Below, one piece after another: positions 37,412 through 49,826 of a DNA stretch of 64,000 bases (position 1 is its first letter; the number at the start of each line of letters is the position of its first letter). This DNA is from Lytechinus pictus (lineage: Eukaryota): NCBI RefSeq assembly GCF_037042905.1, contig NC_087251.1, positions 29,700,001 through 29,764,000 of the forward strand, given 5' to 3'. A program made the position numbers and the translations under genes. Below the pieces are notes generated by a model. That model was not told the DNA's origin and searched no databases. It saw nothing but the letters and a program-made list of their open reading frames with translations.

Positions 37412-38105
37412 CAGGGGCAGCGATCCTGGGGGGCACAGTTCCCCCTACTTTTTGAAGCACTGAAAAGTGCCTTTAATTTTATGTAAGAAAAATGCCCCCT
37501 CACGAACGTGTCTGTGTCCCTTTCACCTGACGAGAACCTGTTTTAGATGTTACCAAGTGCTCTTCCTTGTATGCAAATATTTACCAAAAAATGCCCCCCC
37601 CCCGAATGTGTTCTGTGCCCTTTCATCTGAGGGCCCGTTTTATGTGTTAAAAAGTGCCCCCTCGCCTTCTTGTAAGTGCCCTTTCTCGAATAACTGCCCC
37701 CTTTTACCCAAGAAAAGTGCTCCTAAAGAACTTGTTCTGTGCCCCTTTCAGCTGAGAAGGACCCGTTTTATGGTCACCATGACGATCGCGAGTGCCCTTT
37801 GAAACAAGAAAACAATAAGGAAATCCTTTGTGCCTTAGGTTTAATAATTCATGTGAGTGGGGGTAGATAAGCAGTTTCGTACACTACAGATGGAGGGGGG
37901 GCTTGAAGGACTCTTGCCCCCCCCCCCCAAAAAAAAAGGGTGAAATATATCATTCTGAATATTTTGTAGAAATCTATCACAAAATTTGATTTTCTTTTTA
38001 AAAATGTCAAAATTTTGCTCTCTCGCAACTTCTTAAAAATTTCACATAATACAGCATTTTCCCTGTGCCCCCCCCCCCACTTTCAACTTCACTTCGCCGC
38101 TCCTA
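37412..38105. mobile_element. Non-autonomous hAT-type element with GTGCCC repeats
   Basis: 8-bp TSD TTTGTATG (37404-37411, 38106-38113); imperfect TIRs CAGGGGCAGCGA / TCGCCGCTCCTA. Confidence 0.75.
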
Positions 38106-38706
38106 TTTGTATGTTTATAGCTTCTCCTTTTGCAACCAGTTTTAATGAAAATCAACAGGAAAGTTCATACTTCATGAATTTGGGGTTGTGATAATAATAA
38201 TAAATAAAAAAATTGGACTTGAAAAAGAAAACCTTTTCCATCTTTATCAAGTGCTTCCTAAGCTAAGTCACTCTTCAATTTGTTGGATTTCTTGAATGAA
38301 AACATCTGTTACACTAGTCCTGCAGATTGAAAAAAAATAGAGAAAGAAAATCAATGAATTTAAATTAAAATTGTCATGATTTGTAAAACATAAATGTTTT
38401 AAGAAAAGTAAGACTATACATACCGGTATATATATTTCTTCATCACATAACATAGGAAATCTTACTTCTACTAATTATAAACTTGTACTCCTACAAAGCA
38501 TATCACTTAAACCTGTTCTATGCAGTTTACATACCACTCTCCATTATAACTACATGTACTCTATAAAAAAAATGTCGGAGATTTCCCATAAATATGAATA
38601 TATGAATTAACATATATAAATTATATATAATAGTCAGAATTAAAGTTGATATGTTTTGTTGCACATAATATTTTGATCTGCGAATAAAAACAACACCTAA
38701 CTATAA

Positions 38707-39201
38707 TCTAAAAACAGAATTGAAATGTTTTTATCAAAGGCAGGTCTTTTTGTAGACAGCTGGCAGCCGTCTGTTTCGAGGAGTTTTTTAACATTTTTTT
38801 ATTTTTTAAATTTCTCCTCATACACAGACGGCTCGCTATCGTGCAGCCACCATTAGGGGACTTACAATGCAAAATCCCCCCGTCGGGGCTCTTCAATTTT
38901 TGTCTTTAATGAATCAAACTTTTGAAAATAAATGCGACCGAAATGCAAATTAATATTCCCTCTTGGCATTAATTGCAAAAAAACGGGGAAAATCAAGTTA
39001 AAAGGAACAAAAACAGTGACTTACCTCAGCTGTCGCGCAACTTCACTGCCCTGTTTTATCCGAACTTAATACACATAAACATATGGCCATTGAGTCCCCT
39101 GTACAGATCGCGCTAGAACTTCGGTCTCTGTATTTGGTGAGTGAAGCCAACGGAGTTCAGCTGAACAACCAACATAACAGAGACCGAAGCTTTTGGTCTA
39201 G
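38707..39201 (+). mobile_element. Non-autonomous Helitron
   Basis: A|TC start; hairpin CTTCGGTCTCTGT...ACAGAGACCGAAG shortly before the CTAG|T end; no TSD. The 5' boundary is approximate. Confidence 0.6.
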
Positions 39202-39954
39202 TCTTTTTGTTGCCTAAAAAAATTGTGAAAACCCCCCATTATTAAAAATAATCACTAATTAACTCACTCATATAACTGCTGTAGGTTGTATTTCTCTTTG
39301 TGGTCCTATCACTGTTCTATTAGGCCTACTTCACCAATTGTTTATCATCATCAATCACCTCCATGGAAATTGTAGAGCTGCATCATCCTATTGGACAAAA
39401 TGTAAAATAATAAGATTTAAAAAAAATTGTAAATCTACAAATATGAAATATGAATATCACACTAAAGAATGAATAAATTGGATTTTATAAAATATAAAAC
39501 ATGAAAAATATTGCTTTGTTTATAAACAAATAGGAAATAAAAAGGCCATTTAAATAATAGTAGATCAAGGACATGACCTTATTTTATAAATTTGCCCAAG
39601 GTACATAACTTTTGGCATTTGTTCTATTTTAGAGTCGAGAGCCTGTATATATAAGAAGTGTATATTCAGTATAGATCCTACCTCTTAGCAGTGGCTCAGG
39701 TTATTTTTATTTAATGTAAACATGGTAAACATTCATTTCAATGCATGTAATGTATCTGTAATTTTGTATGGGTTAGTTTAACTTTTATACCTGGATGAGA
39801 ATCTGCAAAATGATGCATGCACTTATGATCATCATGTGTAACCATAGGTACCGGGTAGACCTCTACTGTTTTTCTTGTTCTTCAAACTCAACCTGTTTGT
39901 GAAAGAAAAGAGAGAACAATAAGTGTCAAGTGATCTCTTTCATGGCCGTATGTA

Positions 39955-40248
39955 CACTGTTAAAAAAAACCTGATTTTACAGATAAAAAACAAGATTTTG
40001 CAGAAAGCAATAACAGAATCATTCTGTAAATTCATAAAACAGGAATTTTTTTACAGAACAGGTCTGTTTAAAAAGGGGAAAATGGTGTTTTATTTAAGGA
40101 AATTTGTAAGGTTCCATACACCAAATACCAATTTCCTGTAATTTTACATGATATAATGTAAGATTATGCAATCTGGTAAAATTACAGGTGTTCTCGAGCC
40201 TCTGCTGCAGGAACTTCTTTTATTTTAAGGATAAATTTTCTAACAGTG
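39955..40248. mobile_element. TA-flanked MITE (CACTGTTA ... TAACAGTG)
   Basis: Inverted termini with TA on both sides. Confidence 0.7.
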
Positions 40249-41731
40249 TAGGGGGAGGGGTTTGAGTGGGAGCTGAAATGTAAAAACCTTCATAAAAAAA
40301 AAGAATTGCATGAAATCCTTCAATTTTACTTTAGAAAATGCAAAAAACAGCCCTAGGCAATATTGGTTGCTTCGGGCCCTCGCTTTCTGAATTTCAGGTT
40401 TCTCTAATTTTTTTCACATGTCTGCCCCCCCCCCCCAAAAAAAAAAAAAAAAAAATCTTCCGAATCTTAATTCATTTAATTTTAACAACACAATTTCATA
40501 ATCTCATGCACTAGGTCTAGATATATTTGTAAGAAAGTATAGATCTAGTCCAACCAGAATAAGTGCTGCGTGACAGCATTCATGTATCTAAATAAGGTCT
40601 AGATCTAGACTATCGATAGACTCTCGATCTATCTAGACCTAGAAGGTAAAGCTAACCCTTCGGTGACTTTACCTAGATGTAGGCCTAGGCCTATATCGAT
40701 TTAGAAATTTTTGATGTCCGACTTTTATTCCTGGCTAAACCTTCATTGCCATTATTGACCGAAAGTAGATCTAGATCTAGTCCTTGGTCCACTGACAGTC
40801 ATACTCGTACATGTAAATGTAGTCGTTTAGGCCCAGAACTACATCTAGGCCTAAAATTATAGACCTATAGATCCTAAGCCCTGGGGGTACGTGTCGAGGG
40901 TTGGGAAAGTATGAGTTAGATGACTAGATTTAAATTAGGTAGGCCTAGATCTACGTACAAGCATCGATGGATAAAAGTAAAGTAACATAAACTGATAAAT
41001 TAAAATCAAGAAGCAAGACTAGGCTCTGTTAACCATGTTAGAAATTAGATCTTGATCTATTGATAATAAGAGTAAGACAAACATGCAGAGCGGCATGTTA
41101 TTTCTAATACCGAGTCAACTATATAATATAAATAATAAGAATTAAAATGGGTGGGGGGCTAAATGCAGAAGCCTGAACTTCTGAAGTTATGCAAAATAAA
41201 TTTGATATCTGAAACTGACGAGAATCTAGTGAGGATTGACACAATGACACTGACAGGCATATCTTCTTCCACACTCCGCTTCACAGTTTATTCCTGACTG
41301 AGTCTCGATCTACTGAAGATAGATGCAGATCTCCCTCTAGATCTAACGTTATACAGTGTACAAAAAGAAGCTTCATTCTTCTTGTTTTAATCAATCGTGG
41401 GCTCCCGGCCCGATTTTCTCTCGATGCCCAGCCGGCTAGGAGCCCGTACAAAATACATGTGGTTGACACAGCGGCATAACCACTGAAAAGCAACATACAG
41501 GCTGCACTGGGCCGGGTGACGATGACAATCTAACTTCAATTTCAAAGACCAAATTCTGCTTTTCTTTAACAGAAGAATGATAGCAAACTCTCTAATTTGT
41601 TAGAGAAATAACCTAAGATCACGAAATACAGTATGAAATTTGTAAATAGTCCACTGAATTCATGTGGTTATATTAATTTATACGTACTCACCGGAGTGTT
41701 CGTAGGTCCATTTTTTGTGTGGAAAGAAAAG

Positions 41732-41960
41732 TTTCAGAATGAATAAATTAGATGACGTAATGAGGTCAAATGAATAATTAATTCTGTAACACGATACCAC
41801 TAGTATCGATGACAGAGAATCGGGGAAATCGCGTATTAATGACGCTCTAAGCCAATGAAAAGGCCAGATTATGAATATTTTCATGCTCATGAATGTCAAT
41901 GAGGGCTTATTTTTGTCTTCAAATGATCGCGGTAGGCGGAGCCTAATCTCATTTGTTTTG
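41732..41960 (-). promoter_or_regulatory. Recurrent promoter module, copy D
   Basis: Minus strand has GCTCCGCC, AAAATAAGCCCTCATT (shared with copy B), ATTGG, TTTGACCTC and ACGTCAT upstream of the TOP-like tract. Confidence 0.55.
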
Positions 41961-44900
41961 TGCTGAACGCGCACGCAGCTTTCGGTCTAGTAATATATTA
42001 TAAGGTCTTTGGTCTATGGTGATGGCACGCTTTGCGTGCACTTACCGCCCCCTCCAAAATTAAATCCTGGCCATGCGGTTGAGGAAAGGATCCCTGGAAA
42101 AAGTGATATAATAATGATTTTAGTATCTTCATGCGCCGACGGGGTCTGATATATCAATGGGTCATGGTCTTGCATGGCTAAGAAATTCAAGTTCGTGATG
42201 GCATAATGCTCATTATAAGCTCACATTGCGCATGACAAAAAGGTTCCGTTTGGGTACGCGTTCTGATTGGCTAAAAGTCTGGAGCTAATGACGACACAAT
42301 TGTTGACAAGGGCGCACTTTGAACATTTGATGTATTGGGTAACAAACAGTTACGCTCCTTGTTTCCGTTTTGATTTAGCTTTCGGAGTGCAAAAGTGTAC
42401 AACAATATTGCTTCTTTATCGCTTTCTGAACTGTATTGATCGAATCGTCGAATTCGATGGGTTTGTTTTCAAGTAAATTTTGCATTTTATTATCAGGTAT
42501 AATATCACATTTAGTCATTTGTTTGTGTTACAAATTCTGATAGTTACATTAGATACATGACATTACATTAGACACAATCCTCTTAAACGGTAACAAGATA
42601 TGAGACGAAACAAAAAGAGCCAAAGAGAAAGAGGAACGAATGGCGGGATGGGAAAGAGACGGAGAAAGAAGAGAGAGAGAGCGAGAGAAAGAGAGGGGGT
42701 GGCTTCCAATTGCAAATTATTTTATTTTATTTTTTAACAGAACAAAGTAAAATGGTCGTACATAATTATAATGACATTCGCAAATGAAACTTATACAAAC
42801 AATATAAATTGAGATAGGTACAGTATGCGATATTTTTTCCCCATAAGTAAAACAAAGTTTTATATAAAAGCAAATTATCATAAACATTCTAAAGATCTGA
42901 GAAAATTGAGGGATCCACTAACAAGCAAATGCTTGTAGTGTGTGTGAACAAATGGCTTCGTATACATGGTAAACATGGTAGAGTGCAATCTTCCTCGTCA
43001 TTTTTAAGTGATTTGTACCAAAACTATAAAAGATAAAACGCTGTGTGCTGCTCAAAGTACTTTTCAGACGCTGTCCTTGTCACCCATTATTTTCGTCATT
43101 ATTTCCAAACTTTGAGCCAATCAGAACATGGACCCAAACGGCCTCTTTCCAATGAATGCTTTTCATTATTATTTGCCAACTTTTTGTGAATTTGTTGGGA
43201 TGGTATTGGGTATAGTGCACCAAATAAGTTGTCATAATTAGTGATTGGCTTTTCTTGAAGTTGTCAACTGCCATCTTGACTAGATTAAATACAGTTTCTT
43301 GAGTGTATACCCTAACAATACGTCCATAAAGGTTTTTAGAATTGCGTTTGGGTGCTTATTTATAAGCAATGTAACATTCAAAGTCACCGTGTGCAATTTG
43401 TTTGATTACCGGGCCTGCAAGACTTCAAATGGTTTACTTTTGAACACTGTCACTTTCTGTAGATCCTGCGTTTCTTACTCACACATTTTATTTACCCATT
43501 GCGTCTTTCTCAATGGTTGTGTCTTTGCTATTTTATTTTATTTTATTTTATCTATAATCTGTCTTTTTTTTATAATTAAAATTTCATTTCATTTATTGGT
43601 TTTTTGCAACAATTTTCATAAACAAAAATCTGAACAAGAAAATACATATCTAAAATAAAATTTGACGTCAAGATAATGAACAAATAATAAGAATGCCAAA
43701 CCGTCAACGCTGCTTAATGGTCTCTTTTCGAGAAGCATTGGTAATCAAAATAAATTCATGATAGGGCCTACAGAAAGATAGGTGCAGCGATATAATATTA
43801 AAAAGGGATGAAATGATTGTTTATGTTTGAAAGTCAATAAAGGCATCTTGATAATTTTGTTTTGAAAGGAATTTTTCTTCATTGGTCATGATTTTAACAC
43901 CATTTTAGGACGTTGCTGGGTTGGGGGCGTAGTCTTCTGCTTGCCTGGTTGCCAGGGTAATTGTGGAAAATCTTAATTAATAACTTTGCAGATCCTACAG
44001 TCATGATTGTGGGCCCCTGTGATTTAATTTTACCCTGTTCGTGCATGCACCACGTCCATTTCTTTCGGATCCTTCCCAAATGTTATACGACTCCAAAAGC
44101 TGATAGATTCGGGATATCTTGTTCGATTTTTCATTGCCTGGAAGCCAAGATCTGATTATTCGCAAACCTCATCAATCTCAACTAGTAGTCCCATACATTC
44201 GGAAACGTGTTGGTACAACCGTGATTGCCAATTAAAACCTTGTCCATAAATACCCCGTGCCGACGGAAGGAGGCCGTCTTGATTCAACGTGTCACGTACG
44301 ATTCTATGCATTTTCGCCGCCGTATGCAGCAATTATCGGTTGGAAAAGAAAAAGGAAGCCCCCGCCGTTGATCTCTTATTCAATTTACCAACAAAACTTC
44401 GCCTAATGATTTTCAAGAGTCACAGACATGAAATGGACCGTGCGCAATTCGATTAATGCGTGATAAATGGCCAAGCATGCTGCGAGCTACGGAAAATTTT
44501 GTATAAATCTTGATACAGAGCAATCACGGTTCGAAACTCGTCATTCCTCAAGAAATGTTGTACAATTGAATGTTAAAACGGAGGCAGATCGCAATTCCTT
44601 TTTTTTTTCTTCTTTTTTGGTAATGGCAAGGTTTATAAATCTCTTGTTGACAATGTTCTGCCAACTTCTCCCACATAAGTAACCCTTAAACATAATATAT
44701 TAGAGACAATCATCAAAATGAAAAAAAAAAAGAATTATTAAGGGCCTTCATGTAATCTTTGGCTGAAACATTTGTTTATGCTCCCTACCTGCACGAAAAT
44801 GTCTATAAAAATAAGATTTTCAAAAGGCGATTTCTTGAGGGGAAGAATTCTTAAAATAAGTCAAGTTAGAAGAAGCCGATTAAAGAAAAATAATTGCGTA

Positions 44901-45195
44901 AAAGATATGGTTATTAAATTTGATTATTTCAGTCGATAATGGGCATGACACTTACGCAGGATTTTTGCGTATAACTCACGTGTGACTTGAAAGTTATGAT
45001 GACCTCGGTTAAAATCCGATTGTTGACGAAGCCGCCGCCGCCGTCAGAAAAGTGGCGCATTATGTGCCGCATCTGCTAGAGAGGCAATGCAAAAATTGAG
45101 CATTTATTTTCAAAGCAATTTTTAGGGGTGTTAGGGCCTATATACTGTTTAACATATCACACAAATAGACTTTATCAACTTAAACTCGTACTTAA

Positions 45196-45794
45196 AGGAC
45201 AAGTCCACCCAAGAAAATGTTAATTTGAATCAATAGAGAAAAATACAGCAAGCTTAACGCTGAAAATTTCATCAAAATCGGATGTAAAATAAGAAAGTTA
45301 TGCCATTTTAAAGTTTCGCTTATGTTTCACAAAACAGTTCATGCACAACTCGATGAAATGCAAATGAGAGAGTCGATGATGTCCCTTACGCACTACTGTA
45401 ATTCTTTCGGGTTTTTTTGTTTTTGTTTTAAATATACAATTTTTACAGATTTGGCAATTAGGGCCTACTTGACTGAACCATAAAATTATAACCAATGGTA
45501 ATTCCACGTGTTCTGGGAGGATTGAAACTTTGTTTCAAAGGACAATGAGATGAACATATGAATATTTCGTATTTCATATAATGAAATACAATAGAAATAG
45601 TGAGTGATGTCATCAGCCCCCTCATTTGCATACAGACAAGGATGTGCATATCACTATTTTGTGAAATTAAGCGAAACTTTAAATGTCATAACTTTCTTAT
45701 TTTACATCCGGCTTTGATGAAATTTCCAGTGCTATGCTTGTTGGATTTGTCTCTTTTTATTCAAATCAACTCTTTGTTAGGGTGGACTTGTCCT
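45196..45794 (-). mobile_element. TTAA MITE family A
   Basis: TTAA-AGGACAAGTCCACCC ... GGGTGGACTTGTCCT-TTAA. Confidence 0.88.
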
Positions 45795-48149
45795 TTAACT
45801 TATATTCTAATCATTACTCCCACCCCAAAACAAATTATTATTATTATTTTTATTTTTTTAGATTGATCTTTGGGCCTGATGTTGCCATCATAAAATGATG
45901 AAAAGTGGTCCTTGACTGCCACAAAATAAACCATAATTAAATAATGTGACAATATAGATGGAATGGGCAGTCAACCCAAACCAAATATAGCCAGGGCCGA
46001 AGCCACTTGCTCCTGGGACTGAAACAGGGTTTTCCCCTTCACAGCCTGTATGTAAGCAAGCTAGGGATGTCATCCCCAAATGGAGCCTGGTCAGCCAGGA
46101 GCCAAGCTTGAAAAAGAACTAAAATTAATTAAAGTAAAGGTTTCATCAATATCATACTTTCAAATACTAGTAAATACATACATATTTTTGAGACATTTCA
46201 ATCATTAAAAAATCCCATATCTTCTAAAAAAAATCATTGAATTTCGTGAAGCCATGTTTCTGTAAAAAAAAGAAAAAAGAAGTAATTCTAATTTTATGCC
46301 AGAGTGGTATAAAGATAATTGTGTCAAATTCATCAATGGTTTGCTTTAAAGAAATAACGGTAACCTTAATGTTTTGAATACCAGTCAGTAATTTTGATAG
46401 GCCTACGATAGTCCATAGGTTTTTTTTCATCATGCTTGCATATAAGCATGATGAGCACTATTAAGAAAATTAGAGCAAGACATTAATCCATTGTCGTTGT
46501 GTTTTTAAATACTTTCTTGTGTGTAAGACCTATAACGTAGACATCTGTTCGCCTCCCGGCATGCCTTGCTATGCCATCGAGATCTTTGCGGTAATTAGTA
46601 TCAAATGGTGAGAGTGGCTTCATAAGCTCCCCATATTCCAACTCCTCATCTCTCAAGTAAAGAATATAGATATTTGAGTACCTTAAATGGGTGCCTTTTA
46701 ATGTAAGATAATAAGGACCGTTAGTGTTGTTTGATTAGGCTACCTCCTCCTCTACTCCCCGCGAGGAAATTGAAGCGGGAATCTCGTAGCAATTTGCTTG
46801 ATTACATTTTTGGTTAGCCTATACATTTCCCGCACCGTGGTGCACTATCGCAATCAAAAATTTGTTTAATGATTAATGCAGTAGACTTTGGCTTTTCTTC
46901 TCCACTAATCGGGCTTCTTTTGCCCTCTTTTCCCTTCTGTACTGTATAGGATACGAGCCGGGGAGCCACCGCGCACGCTCATTCTTCCATCGTTCGACGT
47001 TGTTCGGACATGGAGTGCGGTCACGCGTTATAACAAACGCACTCGAGATCCCATAGCATGGCTCGGGGGAATACGCTCATTCAGCCACCGCAGAAATCGC
47101 ATCCACCAGCAAAGCGAGATGGCGTTCTATCAAAGGCGCCATTTCGTATATAGCAATCTGAGGGTTAAATGAAACGATCACGTGACCCTCTGTTGGGTCC
47201 TATCAACAATGTATCATGATATATGAATATCAGCTCAGATTGGGGTGAGATTTGAGAATGTTTTAAATATATAGATAGTGAAGAGAGAAAATAATGAGAG
47301 AGAGGGGGAGATGGGGGGGGGGAAGGCGGACTCGAGGAACGATGAATTAGCATGATTAACTGAAATCATCTCCGTTTCCGCTGTGCATGCTGAGAGGATC
47401 ATAATCAACCCCCTTTTTTGGTACTTCTCCAACCAGACGGCATGGTCTGATCCTAAGGGTTGCCAATGTTTTGCGCTCAGTTGATCAGGGTAAGGTAGGG
47501 ATACTATCTAGCTTGTGAGGGAATACAACGTCCCTATCTCATTCATTACAGCTTGACAGACAGACCAGGTTTCTACTTGCATACGATCGAAATGCGATTT
47601 TCCTCAATTCAAATCAAGAATCAGATTTACAAGAGCCATTAGCTTAATTAAACTTTTGAGTACTGTGTATTAACTCTTTTACCGGTGGATGCACTGCGTA
47701 TCCTCTCCGGGAGCTACCTTGCACATGCACTGATTTTTTTCTTCTTTTTTCTTAAGAATAAAAATCTTTTCCATCTCCGCTGAAAAGTCTCCCCCTTAGT
47801 GATTATGTTTCCCTCGGTTTTGTGAACAATGTTTTCCGTAATTATATGAGGTTTTATATAATTTTCTCGATATTTCTTCTGATTATTCTTACATTCTCTC
47901 TTTGGTAGTAATAATAGTGATATTATAGAAGGCAACTAATCCAATTGATAAGTAATGAAACATAATGTAGACTCACAAATAATAAAGAACAAATTATGAA
48001 CTATACATGAATACATAATTATTGTTAAACAATATGTATGAATGAATGATATAAGTTTCTGATTAAGAGTTGCCGAGTCATTAATACTTTCTAACTTGTA
48101 ATTTTTTTAAGCCCATGGCCACCTTATTACGTGCTAGCAAAAAAATAAA

Positions 48150-48775
48150 TAAAAACCGTGGTCACGTGTGTGATCTCAAGCAGTCATTTCTATAGGATCC
48201 CCCCAATTATCTTATAACACAATGGACATGAACTCCTATGATTCACATATCAGTACACGTGAAATATTGCTTTCTCCCAACGTTTATTATATTCCAGTCA
48301 AATACGAATAATAAAATTGATTCGATTTATGTAAGTCAAATGTCACGCTGATGCATCTAATTGCCAATTAAAGGCTCTCATTCCATCTTTTAATCCCAAC
48401 AGACTTCAAAGTTTTATTTATTTTTTCATTTACAAAATATAGGTGAATATAGGTGAAATAAAACCTCGGTCACGTGCACTTGACTAATGTGTGTTCCAAA
48501 GCAATTTTATTTACGATTCACTTATATAAGAACTCATATGATACACAAGTCAGATATTATCAGTTCACACTTGGAAATTTAGCTCTCTCCCAACATTAAT
48601 AAGGTGCGATAACTTCAGTCAAATTCGAATCGTAAAATTGCTTACTATATGTAAAGATGTACGTCGCTTTATTTCATTTTTCCCGAAGCTATTACGCTAT
48701 TCAAATGTCACGCTGATGCATCTAATTGCCAATTAAAGACCTTTATTCCACAAATATTTTTATCCCAAGAGATTA
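48150..48775. repeat. Diverged tandem duplication with an identical 38-bp core
   Basis: TCAAATGTCACGCTGATGCATCTAATTGCCAATTAAAG at 48336-48373 and 48701-48738; the flanks align only loosely. Confidence 0.85.
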
Positions 48776-48833
48776 TTTATTTTGTATGAAGGTATACAGA
48801 TAGATATAAGAGCACAACCATTTTCCTTATCAT

Positions 48834-48867
<34 letters not shown>

Positions 48868-49006
48868 CATTGCTTATATAGCGCATATAACGATGATAAA
48901 ATCATGTCTCTATGCGCTTTAGAAAGAAGAATAGAAAGAATGGAGAAGAAAGAAAAGCCTGTTCACAGAGGAGCAAATATATAATATCAATTAATAGGTA
49001 CATGTA

Positions 49007-49826
49007 CAGTGCGTCCCAGAAAAAACGAAACCGAGATTTAGCGATGACTTATCATAACTTAATCACAAATACAATAGACAAATGACCTACCAATGTAACG
49101 CTTAGAATCTCCTCTTTCATCTGATATTACTTAAATTATTCCTCATTCACGCATGAGCGAGCAAAAACAATTTGAAGAAAGGATACCAAAAACTCATTTG
49201 GCGGGGGGTATCTGAATTTCAAAAAGAAAATCACATGTCTTAAAAGTTCAATATCTGCTCTTTAATTTGATACCTCAATTACAGAAAATGGTCAAGAAAT
49301 AACAAAGTTCTGGTTATTTGAAATAAGGCTTGAATTTCCATAATTTCATTAAATAAACTGTTTTCACCAGTTTCCCACAGAAGCTATCGCATGGTTATAA
49401 CAAAAGACTTAATGCATGGCTGATCGTAAACAAAACGGAGTGTCGAGTGAGTTGAACGCTAGCCTGTAAAACCTCTTCATTTTATGAAATTATTGAAATT
49501 CAAGCCTTATCTCAAATAACCAGAACTTTGTTATGTCTTGACCATTTTCTGTAATTGAGGTATCAAATTAAAGAGCAGATATTGAACTTTTTAAAAATGT
49601 GGGTTTCTTATAGAAAGCCAGATACCCCCCGCCAAATGAGTTTTTGGTATCCCCTCTTCAAATTGTTTTTGCTCACTCATGCGTGAAGGAGAAATAATCT
49701 AAGTAATATCAGATGAAAGAGGAGATTCTAAGCTTTACATTGGTAGGTCATTTGTCTATTTTATTTGTGATTAAGTTATGATAAATCATCGCTAAATCTC
49801 GGTTTCGTTTTTTCTGGGACGCACTG
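49007..49826. mobile_element. Tc1/mariner-type foldback MITE
   Basis: TA TSD; TIRs of roughly 350 bp starting CAGTGCGTCCCAGAAAAAACGAAACCGAGATTTAGCGATG. Confidence 0.9.

Larger units (their letters stand above)
38120..41731 (-). ncRNA. Putative spliced non-coding or micro-ORF transcript D with a 5'-TOP-like start
   Basis: Pyrimidine initiator CTTTTCTTTCC at 41731-41721, donor CG|GTGAGTAC at 41691, strong acceptors at 39893 and 38320, ATTAAA at 38146-38141. Confidence 0.45.

Noticed and set aside
39560..39700. H/ACA snoRNA in the transcript D intron
   Set aside because: One fair hairpin and an H-like box, but no correctly placed ACA after a second hairpin.
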